Below are positions 9,201 to 16,720 of a DNA stretch of 64,000 bases, piece by piece. The position numbers were made by a program, and so were the translations under genes. Under the pieces are notes generated by a model. It had not been told where the DNA came from. It worked only from the letters and a program-made list of their open reading frames with translations, and searched no databases. This DNA is from a virus: positions 22,005 to 86,004 of IMG/VR virus record IMGVR_UViG_3300021197_001279. One strand, 5' to 3'. The first letter of the stretch is position 1. Each line of letters starts with the position of its first letter.

Positions 9201-11208
9201 ATGTTTTATTGTTTGCATCTGTAGCCGGATCAGCAACTGAAAGATTGATAAAACCAGATCCGTTTGCATTTAGGGCAATACCAGTACCTGAACCGGCGCT
9301 GCCTGTGCCTAAATCAACTGCTAGATTAATTGAATGAACGGAAGCACCGTTAACAAACAATTGTAGCGAACCAACCTCTGCATTACCAAAAGCATCTGCT
9401 GGGTGGTTCTCATTGGAACCTTCCATATCCTGAGCAACATTATAATTAACCGTCCCGGTAATCTCTTGATCTTTCTGATAAACGCCGAGTCTAAGATTCG
9501 CACCAGATGATGCGATTGTAACTTGGTCGTTCACATCCAGTTCAGTAAAACCGGCAGTTGCTGCTTGCTGTGTATATCCTGTTGGGTCATTTGTCGTGTC
9601 AAAAGAAATCTTCATGGCATGACCAGCAGGAACGTTGTAATCAAGTTGGCTTACATCTGGTGCCGCATTTGGTACTAGAACAGAGAACAACTCATTAAAA
9701 CGGTCTATCGGTGTACCAACAGGGGTCTCAGTTGTAAAGTCTAGGAAGAGTCCATCATTGTAATTTCCATCCTCGGCTGCACCAATAGTTGCGCCACCAG
9801 AACCAAAATCAGCCCAATCACCACCAGAATTCTTAAATTGTAAGGTCCCAGAGTTATCTCTAAATCCATAGCCGCTAGCAGTGTCTGTGTCTCCAAATGA
9901 AATGTAGCCACTACCTTGCACTCGTAAATTGTTTTTGGCAGACAAATACTTACCAGAAACCTCAAGGTCATCTGTTGTTGAATTGAATCCAAGTTTTACG
10001 TCTTGTGAATCTCCAAAGTTTATTTCTCTATCGTCTCCAACAAACACATCTCCCCAACGAAGGCTTGGTGTTCCGAGGGAAAAGTTGTCTGTTGGTATTG
10101 CAGTTGCATCAGCATTATTTGCGGCGATTGATTTAGGAACAACGTTTCCGAAAACAACAAGACCTCTTTGTTGATCAAAATTGTTTTTATAAACTGTTCC
10201 TTGAAAATCACCAAGGACAGCAATTTCTTGAGTCCTGTCTGAGCCGCTAACAACACCATTGGAGGCGGATAATGGAGCAACTGTCTTTAGGGCAAATCTA
10301 AAAAACGATTGTTTGGCTGTCGTATTCTCAGTTCTTTTAAACTGAATAGATCCTACTTCTTCCGCAACAGATGGAGATTCGTTAGTGGGCAGCTTAAAGC
10401 TTATCTCTCCTGCATGTAGTTGATTCGAGGTAGAACCAGAAGAAAATGTCCCGCCAAGTGTGTTAGCCAAAAAGATCTGTGGTCTTTGAGTAGCGGTAGC
10501 ATTTCTATTTTCCATTTCAATTCTTGGTAAACAAACGCCAACATTATTAGAGTTCATCTTCAATGAACCCATATTTATTTCCATACCATCAGCAGGGCCT
10601 GAGCCGGTGATTGTTACGGCACCAGTTACACGAAGGTTTCCTTTAAATTGGCCACCCTTAATATCAAAGGTTTCGCCCGAACTTCCAATAGATCTCAAAG
10701 GGGCAAAGATTTTAATTGGTGATGCCCCAAAGATGCCGCCCTTAAGGGCAACCGGTGCTTCGAACACAGCAGTGCCAGAAACAGTCAGTGCAGGATCTAC
10801 GGCTCTATTGAATGTAGCGGCATCTGGAATAGAAGAGTCGGCAGCAACAGAGGCTGTAGCGCTATATTCTGTGCTTCCTTCTTTGTAAATTAAATCTGAA
10901 TTGTTAGATGATGTTACTCTTATTTGCCCTGTGAATATGTGAGTATCATCAGTAGTGTTTCCAATTTGTGTTGAGCCGGTTTGTGATAAAATTATGGTCT
11001 CGTTAACATTAAGGGTATCAATGTTAAGAGTACCACTTAAATCCATGTCTCCTTTGATAAGAAGACTACCCGTCAAAACTACTGAGGAGCCATCGTAAAC
11101 AAAGCTTTGGCTACCAGAGAGATTACTGGCCGAGTCCGATGTTTGGACTGCATGTGTGCCACCTCTACCAAGCGCACCTGAAACATATGCCCAACCGAAT
11201 TCTGCCAT
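6229..11208 (-). CDS. Large fibre/appendage protein (1659 aa) with an internal tandem duplication
   Basis: S/T/G/N-rich; fibre-like N-terminal third; two ~550-aa repeats (DQRNGWNYAQVKHVIG / DQRNGWNYARVIHRIG; RTYFRKVQNTSG / RTFYRYFRNQTG). Confidence 0.7.
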   Translation of the reverse strand: MAEFGWAYVSGALGRGGTHAVQTSDSASNLSGSQSFVYDGSSVVLTGSLLIKGDMDLSGTLNIDTLNVNETIILSQTGSTQIGNTTDDTHIFTGQIRVTSSNNSDLIYKEGSTEYSATASVAADSSIPDAATFNRAVDPALTVSGTAVFEAPVALKGGIFGASPIKIFAPLRSIGSSGETFDIKGGQFKGNLRVTGAVTITGSGPADGMEINMGSLKMNSNNVGVCLPRIEMENRNATATQRPQIFLANTLGGTFSSGSTSNQLHAGEISFKLPTNESPSVAEEVGSIQFKRTENTTAKQSFFRFALKTVAPLSASNGVVSGSDRTQEIAVLGDFQGTVYKNNFDQQRGLVVFGNVVPKSIAANNADATAIPTDNFSLGTPSLRWGDVFVGDDREINFGDSQDVKLGFNSTTDDLEVSGKYLSAKNNLRVQGSGYISFGDTDTASGYGFRDNSGTLQFKNSGGDWADFGSGGATIGAAEDGNYNDGLFLDFTTETPVGTPIDRFNELFSVLVPNAAPDVSQLDYNVPAGHAMKISFDTTNDPTGYTQQAATAGFTELDVNDQVTIASSGANLRLGVYQKDQEITGTVNYNVAQDMEGSNENHPADAFGNAEVGSLQLFVNGASVHSINLAVDLGTGSAGSGTGIALNANGSGFINLSVADPATDANNKTFTIFKHRTSKVVIDTRDQRNGWNYAQVKHVIGASTKTTNFLEWLNDGEASGSAITFTNPRISSLGLSGDKYLSGVKYHTSAAPVYNAQVSNFYRNTYPTGSVITFSSTNGSATAQAPPAIGGSEDYTKQILLTASFTNSTTTYYGTSFTNEVTVTHPFKSQTGVGPATGSGILLDNTTNNTTNLSERFTSEAFRLPSGSFANQSAVTSATWHSGSHMTGSDHANGLLVFAQKVQSPKNTSGTGITNGDFTGPGNAYGGQPDYSSVSGTRTYFRKVQNTSGATIRDLKITTTKSSRINNDSLTTNNVQMFVKFPDKTGFLDVSQNFAFGSYAEGNGALINGADDNSNTSETVSSNAVHCVTFGTQSVADDDYVVVKMIADAGWTGTFSQIDFQLGASDVSAPTEAPTLDDIDADDQGTTSKLSFGASNDVTGYSNATRSTIGSSNIDSNGVYSFSGDQRGVITSLRVINGNLNEDVSANSPSYTTNAFKNAYTGSLVIEVNGSELHTIQLASSVSTINSQNSNGTGFVANALSFSETTDGIPDYNKNYRTGTYTIGTTDQRNGWNYARVIHRIGGSDTTTNYVDWVNDASSSVAMTSSSAGLDNFDHLDRYYQSGVGYFASRPSASFKYIASEVYSNVYSNSSTAVSYGTTTNSSVTKININGDGVSNSEVSAATSALPALNNSANCEAEDIQVTGSVLFDNLTSIKEGLSLFTAYDVSVASTVDHPIKTNLTTTTYSKTAFMVYSGSVGSTNLNTNEYFNTETYRIVSGNYANQAAVTNSGNTWDSSNSVNDNENYAAYCDGMVTVNGYAISPLKIGNAGDTRNVANGGTLQAPVNNPNYSSLTKATRTFYRYFRNQTGVSSATPTLQLYGDATIVAKSGAFYTGTPGANKFINVEIKIPSDPSFTGLDDTSTAWGDAVKPYSAGVQPSTDGVGVYGGGGSGLDQTVDANGNSFQLQLQQRQIRNNQYVIVKITAHKDWTGYLSRINISY

Positions 11209-12329
11209 TATTCATCGACCCCAGACCCTGATAGTTCATACATTCTAGCAGCAGGAATCTCTGTTAGTGCTGCTTGAAGTTGATAATCTATAGCAGAACC
11301 AGAGGCGGATAAAAATACTTGCTTGCACTTTACTGGTATTGTTACTTCATCTCCGTTACCTGCCAGTGGCCAGAAGTGAAGATTTCGATAAACGTTGTTA
11401 GTCAAAAAGAAAGGGCCAATTACAGGATTTAACTCATCTGACCCTCCAAAGTTTGTTAGATCATTTAGGTCATCATTATTACCACTTGAGTCTTTAATGA
11501 TTGTATTTGCTCCATCAATGACATCATTTTCATTATCGCCAAATTGATACCATAGTTTTAAGTTGGCGCCCTCTATGTTTCTAGGATCTGCTTTCCCACC
11601 GGTATTGTAAAGCGACGTAACGTTAGCCGCACTTAACTCCGCACTCCATACTGCTACTTCATCAATACCAACTACTTTATCTAAATCAATTCCATTAAAT
11701 AGAACGAACTTGGTTGAACCAGTGAGAGGGTTCCCAGTGGCCCCAGTTGTTGTCGCGACAGCGCTACCATTCCTGTAAACATTAATGGCGCCACCCGCAG
11801 CACCATCAAAGGCCACTACAAAGTGATTCCAGCCATTTGTGAATTGGTTTGCATCAGAATCTGAGAAACTCTTATATGTTCCACCGGCTGTATCCACTGA
11901 TCTGATCTGAAACCTTCCGTTAAGACCGGAGGGGTTTCTTGGTCTAAATTCAATTGCATTATCTCCAGCTTCGTTTTGCAAAGCAATGAAGTTTTCATTA
12001 GCATTGAAAGTGCCATTACCATCACTACCGCTAATCCAAAAGGCAAATGATGCTCCGCTTCCGTTTGGAATATCGAAAACATTATCAGAAGTTCTGAAAT
12101 CCATAGTCCCTTTGGCCGCCAATGCATTGTTACTTAAAGAGCCGAAATGAACACGCAGTTCACCAGAGCCACTGGTTTTCTTAACCTTAATCTCTTTTGT
12201 GACTTGATAAAAAGATATTTTTTCTTCATTCTCATCAGAAATCTGAGATCCGGTTATAAATGGAATACCAGAAACTAAGTAAGAGCCAGCGTTTTGAAGA
12301 CCAGTGGTGTATTTAAATTTTTCACTCAT
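11208..12329 (-). CDS. Virion protein, paralog family A, carrying an inserted LamG/ConA-like domain
   Basis: Ends are shared with the two neighbouring ~137-aa genes; middle has SFAFWI...GWNHFVVAFD...YRNG...IDEVAVWSAELSA..V..LYN. Confidence 0.7.
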   Translation of the reverse strand: MSEKFKYTTGLQNAGSYLVSGIPFITGSQISDENEEKISFYQVTKEIKVKKTSGSGELRVHFGSLSNNALAAKGTMDFRTSDNVFDIPNGSGASFAFWISGSDGNGTFNANENFIALQNEAGDNAIEFRPRNPSGLNGRFQIRSVDTAGGTYKSFSDSDANQFTNGWNHFVVAFDGAAGGAINVYRNGSAVATTTGATGNPLTGSTKFVLFNGIDLDKVVGIDEVAVWSAELSAANVTSLYNTGGKADPRNIEGANLKLWYQFGDNENDVIDGANTIIKDSSGNNDDLNDLTNFGGSDELNPVIGPFFLTNNVYRNLHFWPLAGNGDEVTIPVKCKQVFLSASGSAIDYQLQAALTEIPAARMYELSGSGVDE

Positions 12330-12339
12330 TTGGTCCCCC

Positions 12340-12753
12340 TCACGTATTTATGCCAGAACCAGTAAGTTCATACATGCGCCCTACTGGAATTTGGGTTTGT
12401 GAGGCAAATACTGAAAATGTAATTGATCCGCCACTGGCATTGGAGAAGTAAATTTCTTTACATTTTAGATCTAAAGTAAGACTAGTGTTATTTGGAACGT
12501 CGTAGTAATGCTTGTTCGCAACAACATTTGCAGTAGAACTAGTTGAGACAAGGTGCACCCTAAGATCTCTATTACTAGTGGTTTCTGTGTTTGTTATTAC
12601 TACCTGCTTTGTTACATGTAAAAACTCAAGTTCTTGCTCACTAACTCCACTACCGGCGGTATGACCTAGTGTGTAAGTCTTAAGGTAAGGGTAGCCTGAG
12701 GAGACATAACAACCTGCTGCCTGCAGGCCTGGTGTATAGTGAAAGACTGACAT
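12340..12753 (-). CDS. Virion protein, paralog family A
   Basis: Y.PGL..AG.Y.SSG.PY ... LKCKEIYFS ... IP.GRMYELTGSG. Confidence 0.6.
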   Translation of the reverse strand: MSVFHYTPGLQAAGCYVSSGYPYLKTYTLGHTAGSGVSEQELEFLHVTKQVVITNTETTSNRDLRVHLVSTSSTANVVANKHYYDVPNNTSLTLDLKCKEIYFSNASGGSITFSVFASQTQIPVGRMYELTGSGINT

Positions 12754-13163
12754 TATGAAGCAACTCCTACTACTCCGTCAAGAGTAAACATTCTTTGGTC
12801 GGGTATCTCGGTTAACTCAGCATACACTTGAGCCTCAGAGGTTCCAGAGCCAGTCCAGATAAATATCTCTTTACATTTAACGTTAAAGCTTATTTCTTTA
12901 CCAGCATTTACAATAAAATAATTGGCGTTATCATTTGCACCGTGAGTGTAGCCATGTTCGCCATCTGCTCTTGGCGCAAAGCCAACCCTAATTGCAGTTG
13001 AACCATCGGTGTTTTTCACTAAAATTGACTTAGAAACTTGAGGAAAAACAAACCTCTCGCTAGTACTAGCATTAATCCCAGTAGAACCAGAAAGGTAAGG
13101 ACGACCAGCAACTTGATAAGAGCCAACGTTATGAAGACCAGCGGTATAATAAAAATTTGACAT
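12753..13163 (-). CDS. Virion protein, paralog family A
   Basis: YTAGLHNVGSYQVAGRPY ... VKCKEIFI ... ELTEIPDQRMFTL; AGGAG SD. Confidence 0.6.
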   Translation of the reverse strand: MSNFYYTAGLHNVGSYQVAGRPYLSGSTGINASTSERFVFPQVSKSILVKNTDGSTAIRVGFAPRADGEHGYTHGANDNANYFIVNAGKEISFNVKCKEIFIWTGSGTSEAQVYAELTEIPDQRMFTLDGVVGVAS

Positions 13164-13180
13164 TTTGGACTCCTATAAGT

Positions 13181-13187
13181 TAATTAG
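13181..13187 (-). promoter_or_regulatory. Putative late promoter variant CTAATTA
   Basis: One mismatch to CTATTTA; overlaps the bS21 stop codon; same spacing to TAGGAG as the copy at 52497. Confidence 0.5.
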
Positions 13188-13396
13188 TTGTTTTGGGCCA
13201 TTTTTCTCATTCTTTTTTTATGCCTGGCAATCGCCTTTTTCTTTGCTAAACGCTTCTTTTCAGAAGGTTTACGAAAATACCTTCTTTCCCGAACCTCGTC
13301 AAAAATTCCAGATTTTTTACATTTTCTCTGGAATCTTTTGATGAATCGATTTGGGTCTTCATTTTTTCTGGGTTTTACCGTAATGTTAGTTGCCAT
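13184..13396 (-). CDS. rpsU: Phage-encoded 30S ribosomal protein bS21
   Basis: 70 aa basic protein, NED.NRFIKRFQRKCKKSGIFDEVRERRYFRKPSEKKRLAKKKA matches the bS21 signature. Confidence 0.92.
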   Translation of the reverse strand: MATNITVKPRKNEDPNRFIKRFQRKCKKSGIFDEVRERRYFRKPSEKKRLAKKKAIARHKKRMRKMAQNN

Positions 13397-13397
13397 T

Positions 13398-13835
13398 TTA
13401 ATTTCCTGCTAGTTTTTTCCAAACGCCACTTGAAGCAAAAGCCCCAATGTTAACGCCCGGGTCGTTAGGTGCCATACCGTCTAATGCTTTTGATCCATGT
13501 GGCGCATTTGACGTGCCGCTGTTTCTATTGGACATTGGTGTAGTCCCCTCAAAAAGATCAACACCATTATATGCACCTTGTCCAATAGAGTCAAGAAGAG
13601 CCTTTCGCCTCTGCTTTTCTGCTTCTGCACGTTCATGTAATCTTCGGTTTGCTTGCTCATCAGACTCTAATTGCACTCTCTGTTTGTTCTCTTGCATTAA
13701 AGGTTGTTGGTGTTGAGATGTACCTATCATAACTTCACTAATGATAGTTGACAGGGTACCTTCTTCAAAAATAACTTCTTTAATGCACTCCTTAATTAGA
13801 GGTCTTAGCATTTTCTTTAATTCTGTCTTGTTCAT
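13398..13835 (-). CDS. Hypothetical head-associated protein
   Basis: N-terminal MNKTELKKMLRPLIKECIKEVIFEE amphipathic motif; located between the protease and bS21. Confidence 0.55.
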   Translation of the reverse strand: MNKTELKKMLRPLIKECIKEVIFEEGTLSTIISEVMIGTSQHQQPLMQENKQRVQLESDEQANRRLHERAEAEKQRRKALLDSIGQGAYNGVDLFEGTTPMSNRNSGTSNAPHGSKALDGMAPNDPGVNIGAFASSGVWKKLAGN

Positions 13836-14453
13836 TTAATCCCCTAGAATTCTTCTAAATAGCCCATCGATGTTGTTCTCTTTTCTCTCCTTAAGGCGAG
13901 ATGAAACAACCTCAGACATCCCTCTACCAGGATAAACATAGGCATCTGGAGTGGAAGGTTCGGACACAATGTCAAAACAAATCAATTGGAAGTCAGCCTC
14001 TACAACTGTCTTTCCCATGCTTTCTCGGACAGATCCAAGTCCACGAGAAGAAATACCAAGTTTAACCCCGGCATTCACTAGGTCTTTAAGAATTCTACCT
14101 GAAGGAGTGTCGAGGACTTTAATCTTACCCATAACATCCTTTCCTTCCCACCAAACTTGAGTTATAATGTGAGAAACATTCTTAAGGTTAACAACTGAAT
14201 CGTCTGGGTGATCTAGTTCACCGCATGCGCGATTGTCTTTGACTACCCGACTATAGTTGTCCATTTCTCTCTTAAGAACCTCGTAAGGGTACACACGGCC
14301 ATTTCCGTTCTGCTTGTCTGCAGTTTGAATACGACCAGAAAGAAACATTGTTCCATCGTTCATAGCCTCTCTCTTCTCGGCCTCTGTTAAGAGATCAAGA
14401 CAGACACCATCTTTGCAAAGTTCATAAAATTCTTGTAAAAGTTCTTTTCCCAT
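13836..14453 (-). CDS. Prohead protease (T4 gp21-like); start revised to MGKELLQE
   Basis: NGNGRVYP, GELDHP, LGISSRGLGS and FDIVSEPS motifs. Confidence 0.92.
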   Translation of the reverse strand: MGKELLQEFYELCKDGVCLDLLTEAEKREAMNDGTMFLSGRIQTADKQNGNGRVYPYEVLKREMDNYSRVVKDNRACGELDHPDDSVVNLKNVSHIITQVWWEGKDVMGKIKVLDTPSGRILKDLVNAGVKLGISSRGLGSVRESMGKTVVEADFQLICFDIVSEPSTPDAYVYPGRGMSEVVSSRLKERKENNIDGLFRRILGD

Positions 14454-14463
14454 ACCTTCCCTC

Positions 14464-14495
14464 AAAATAAAAAATAGAGTGGGCGCCACCCACTC
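14464..14495 (-). terminator. Terminator/attenuator-like hairpin before the protease gene
   Basis: GAGTGGG-TGGCG-CCCACTC followed by TATTTTTTATTTT. Confidence 0.7.
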
Positions 14496-14498
14496 GCG

Positions 14499-14558
14499 TT
14501 AAGAACCGCTGCAACAACGGCGGACTGGCTGTAATGTCCAACGCTTAATCACCAACAT
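14499..14558 (-). CDS. 19-aa micropeptide MLVIKRWTLQPVRRCCSGS
   Basis: ATG preceded by AGGGGGTGA SD-like sequence; overlaps the end of the upstream gene; fills the gap up to the hairpin. Confidence 0.55.
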   Translation of the reverse strand: MLVIKRWTLQPVRRCCSGS

Positions 14559-14874
14559 GTTCACCCCCTGGTCTTGGTGATACTCTTAGGCCAAAGTCAT
14601 TGACTAAAACCGAGAGCAAATAAGTAGTACCCGCCCCTAAACAGGCTAGGCAAAAAGCATTCGCAAGCGAATACTCGAATGTAAATAGTTCCGTAAAGCC
14701 GTTAATGCCAAAAAGAAACAAGGAACACCACCAACCCATGCATAACGGGCAGTTCCATAAAGTGTTCCATTTTTTTGTGTAATCTTTTTTTGGCCTTATG
14801 TTCTCAAAAATCTTTCCGTAGACAATAATAAATGTCATTCCGTAAGCAGTTAAGATGAAATGTAACGTATCCAA
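14545..14874 (-). CDS. Small membrane protein with CxxC (DUF1360-like)
   Basis: Three hydrophobic segments, LWNCPLCMGWW motif; TTG start with GAGGT SD. Confidence 0.6.
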   Translation of the reverse strand: MDTLHFILTAYGMTFIIVYGKIFENIRPKKDYTKKWNTLWNCPLCMGWWCSLFLFGINGFTELFTFEYSLANAFCLACLGAGTTYLLSVLVNDFGLRVSPRPGGEHVGD

Positions 14875-14875
14875 T

Positions 14876-15385
14876 TTAACCTCGCTGTAATCCGTAAGTT
14901 ATTAAAAACCATAGGTCACGATCAAAATAATCTTCTTCTATGTGTTCTTCGCTTTTACCAAAAAATCTTATTTCCACTGGGATTGGCTGGTCTGTTTGGC
15001 ACCCTAGTCGTATACGATGGTTGCCCTCATACACTCTGGCTATGATATCATCACCTTTCCATTCGGCAACAATAAGCACAGGTTCTTGTATTCCCCTTTC
15101 GGCAACGTCGGCTTTGAGATCAGCCCATTCATCAAAATCATAACGACCGGTTCCTAGCCCAGAACCTCTCCTGAAGCCTCTTTCGTGCTCTCCTGCCTTG
15201 CCTTTCATTCTTGTGATTGGACCACCATTATCCTTACAAATAGCAAAACCTCTGTACGTTGCAGTTAAGTGGTCGTTGTCTTTCTCTGTATGATACCCAG
15301 GGTGTTTTTTTAATTTACCCTCAAACTCTTTGTTTTCGTTTAGAAACTTACGCCAACTCTCAAGTATGATTCGTTGTTTACTCAT
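14876..15385 (-). CDS. ParB/Srx-like domain protein with head-targeting-like N-terminus
   Basis: LKADVAERGIQEPVLIV...VYEGNHRIR ParB-N motif; N-terminus IILESWRKFLNE. Confidence 0.65.
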   Translation of the reverse strand: MSKQRIILESWRKFLNENKEFEGKLKKHPGYHTEKDNDHLTATYRGFAICKDNGGPITRMKGKAGEHERGFRRGSGLGTGRYDFDEWADLKADVAERGIQEPVLIVAEWKGDDIIARVYEGNHRIRLGCQTDQPIPVEIRFFGKSEEHIEEDYFDRDLWFLITYGLQRG

Positions 15386-15915
15386 TAGTAACTGTACCTT
15401 CCATAAAGGTAAGGAGCAAACAGATTATTTTGATTGATTGATCCCTTCTCGGCCTCGGCAGGAACTTCACCAAGTTCTGTTGACTCTTCTTTATCAGGCT
15501 CAAGTAACGCATCGTCTTGCATGGCATCGTAAGCAGTTGTGCCGGCAATGTAAGACTGTTCTGTCTTAAACCACTCAGATAATGATAGGAGGGTGGCTTT
15601 TATTGAGTCAAGTTTCTCTGACTCCATTATTGTACCTTCCATTGATCCATAAACATTACCGCCCTGGATTGAATCGTATTCAATGATACCTTGCTTTCTA
15701 AGGAACTCTAGCATTCTAGATTCCGCACCGTAAACAAGATCCGACATGATGTCTTTTGGGAAAGCAATTACCTTGTTGTCTTTTTGTTTAATAATGATGT
15801 CAATGTCTTTATGTTCCATAATCATCAAGTCGCCGTTGAGAGCAGACCTAATGTTCATCTCAAATGTTATGTTAAACTCTTTTTCCAACTCTTCAATGTT
15901 AATTTTAATGGCCAT
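15385..15915 (-). CDS. Hypothetical protein (head module)
   Basis: 176-aa ORF tightly overlapping its neighbours; GGAGGT SD. Confidence 0.6.
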   Translation of the reverse strand: MAIKINIEELEKEFNITFEMNIRSALNGDLMIMEHKDIDIIIKQKDNKVIAFPKDIMSDLVYGAESRMLEFLRKQGIIEYDSIQGGNVYGSMEGTIMESEKLDSIKATLLSLSEWFKTEQSYIAGTTAYDAMQDDALLEPDKEESTELGEVPAEAEKGSINQNNLFAPYLYGRYSY

Positions 15916-16720
15916 TTCTTTTTACCTCCGCAATGAGGTCTTGAATGTAGAAAATCTCTTCAATAATTTGCTGATTTAGGGGGCTTTGTGCATAGTCATC
16001 CAACTTTGCTCTAACTTTTTGAAAATTTTCGGAAAAGGCATTATTGGCGTTTGCTACAATCTCGGCATCTACGGACTCTTTGAGACGCCCAATCTCTTCA
16101 TTTAGATAAGACTTCAGTCCAAGCCCATTATCAGAAAATGATGTAATGTAATTGGTCAATAATTCTTTTTGTTCTTCTCTCAAAGTTCTATCGTATGTTT
16201 CGTTAAACTTGTTAACAAATGTTTTGTAGGTTAAATTATCAACATGAGCCATCTCTTTTTCTTCTACATCTTCACGAGATAGCAATTCTACCATTCTCTC
16301 TTCTAACATAATTCTCTTTTTAGCATTGAGGGATTTGTTCTGGAAGAATAAGCCAACAGTCGCAATGTCTTTGTAGTTTGGCATAAAGTTAGAATAGACA
16401 CTCGCCCCAAGTTGCTTATTGATCTTATTGATCAAGCTTGTTTGAGAATTGAAAACTTGAGTTCTATCAAGTGATTCGAAGTCAACTCTAGATTCCGTCA
16501 AGAGTCTTGTATGGTACTTGTCTTCTAAGTCTTTTGCTTCTAGCAATTCTCTATAGATACCTAATTCATTTGATAGAATTGTGCCTCTTGAAAAATACTC
16601 TTTAAGAATAGACTTGATTGTTGACTGTCTGCCAGTATCTTCTCTGACTACTGATCTGGTCAATTCTTTGATCAAGCATTCGTAAAGAAAAGCGGTATTT
16701 CTTTTCTTATTGTGTTTCAT
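15905..16720 (-). CDS. Hypothetical helical protein downstream of portal
   Basis: 271 aa, overlaps the portal stop; a CTATTTA copy lies at 16775-16781 upstream. Confidence 0.6.
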   Translation of the reverse strand: MKHNKKRNTAFLYECLIKELTRSVVREDTGRQSTIKSILKEYFSRGTILSNELGIYRELLEAKDLEDKYHTRLLTESRVDFESLDRTQVFNSQTSLINKINKQLGASVYSNFMPNYKDIATVGLFFQNKSLNAKKRIMLEERMVELLSREDVEEKEMAHVDNLTYKTFVNKFNETYDRTLREEQKELLTNYITSFSDNGLGLKSYLNEEIGRLKESVDAEIVANANNAFSENFQKVRAKLDDYAQSPLNQQIIEEIFYIQDLIAEVKRNGH

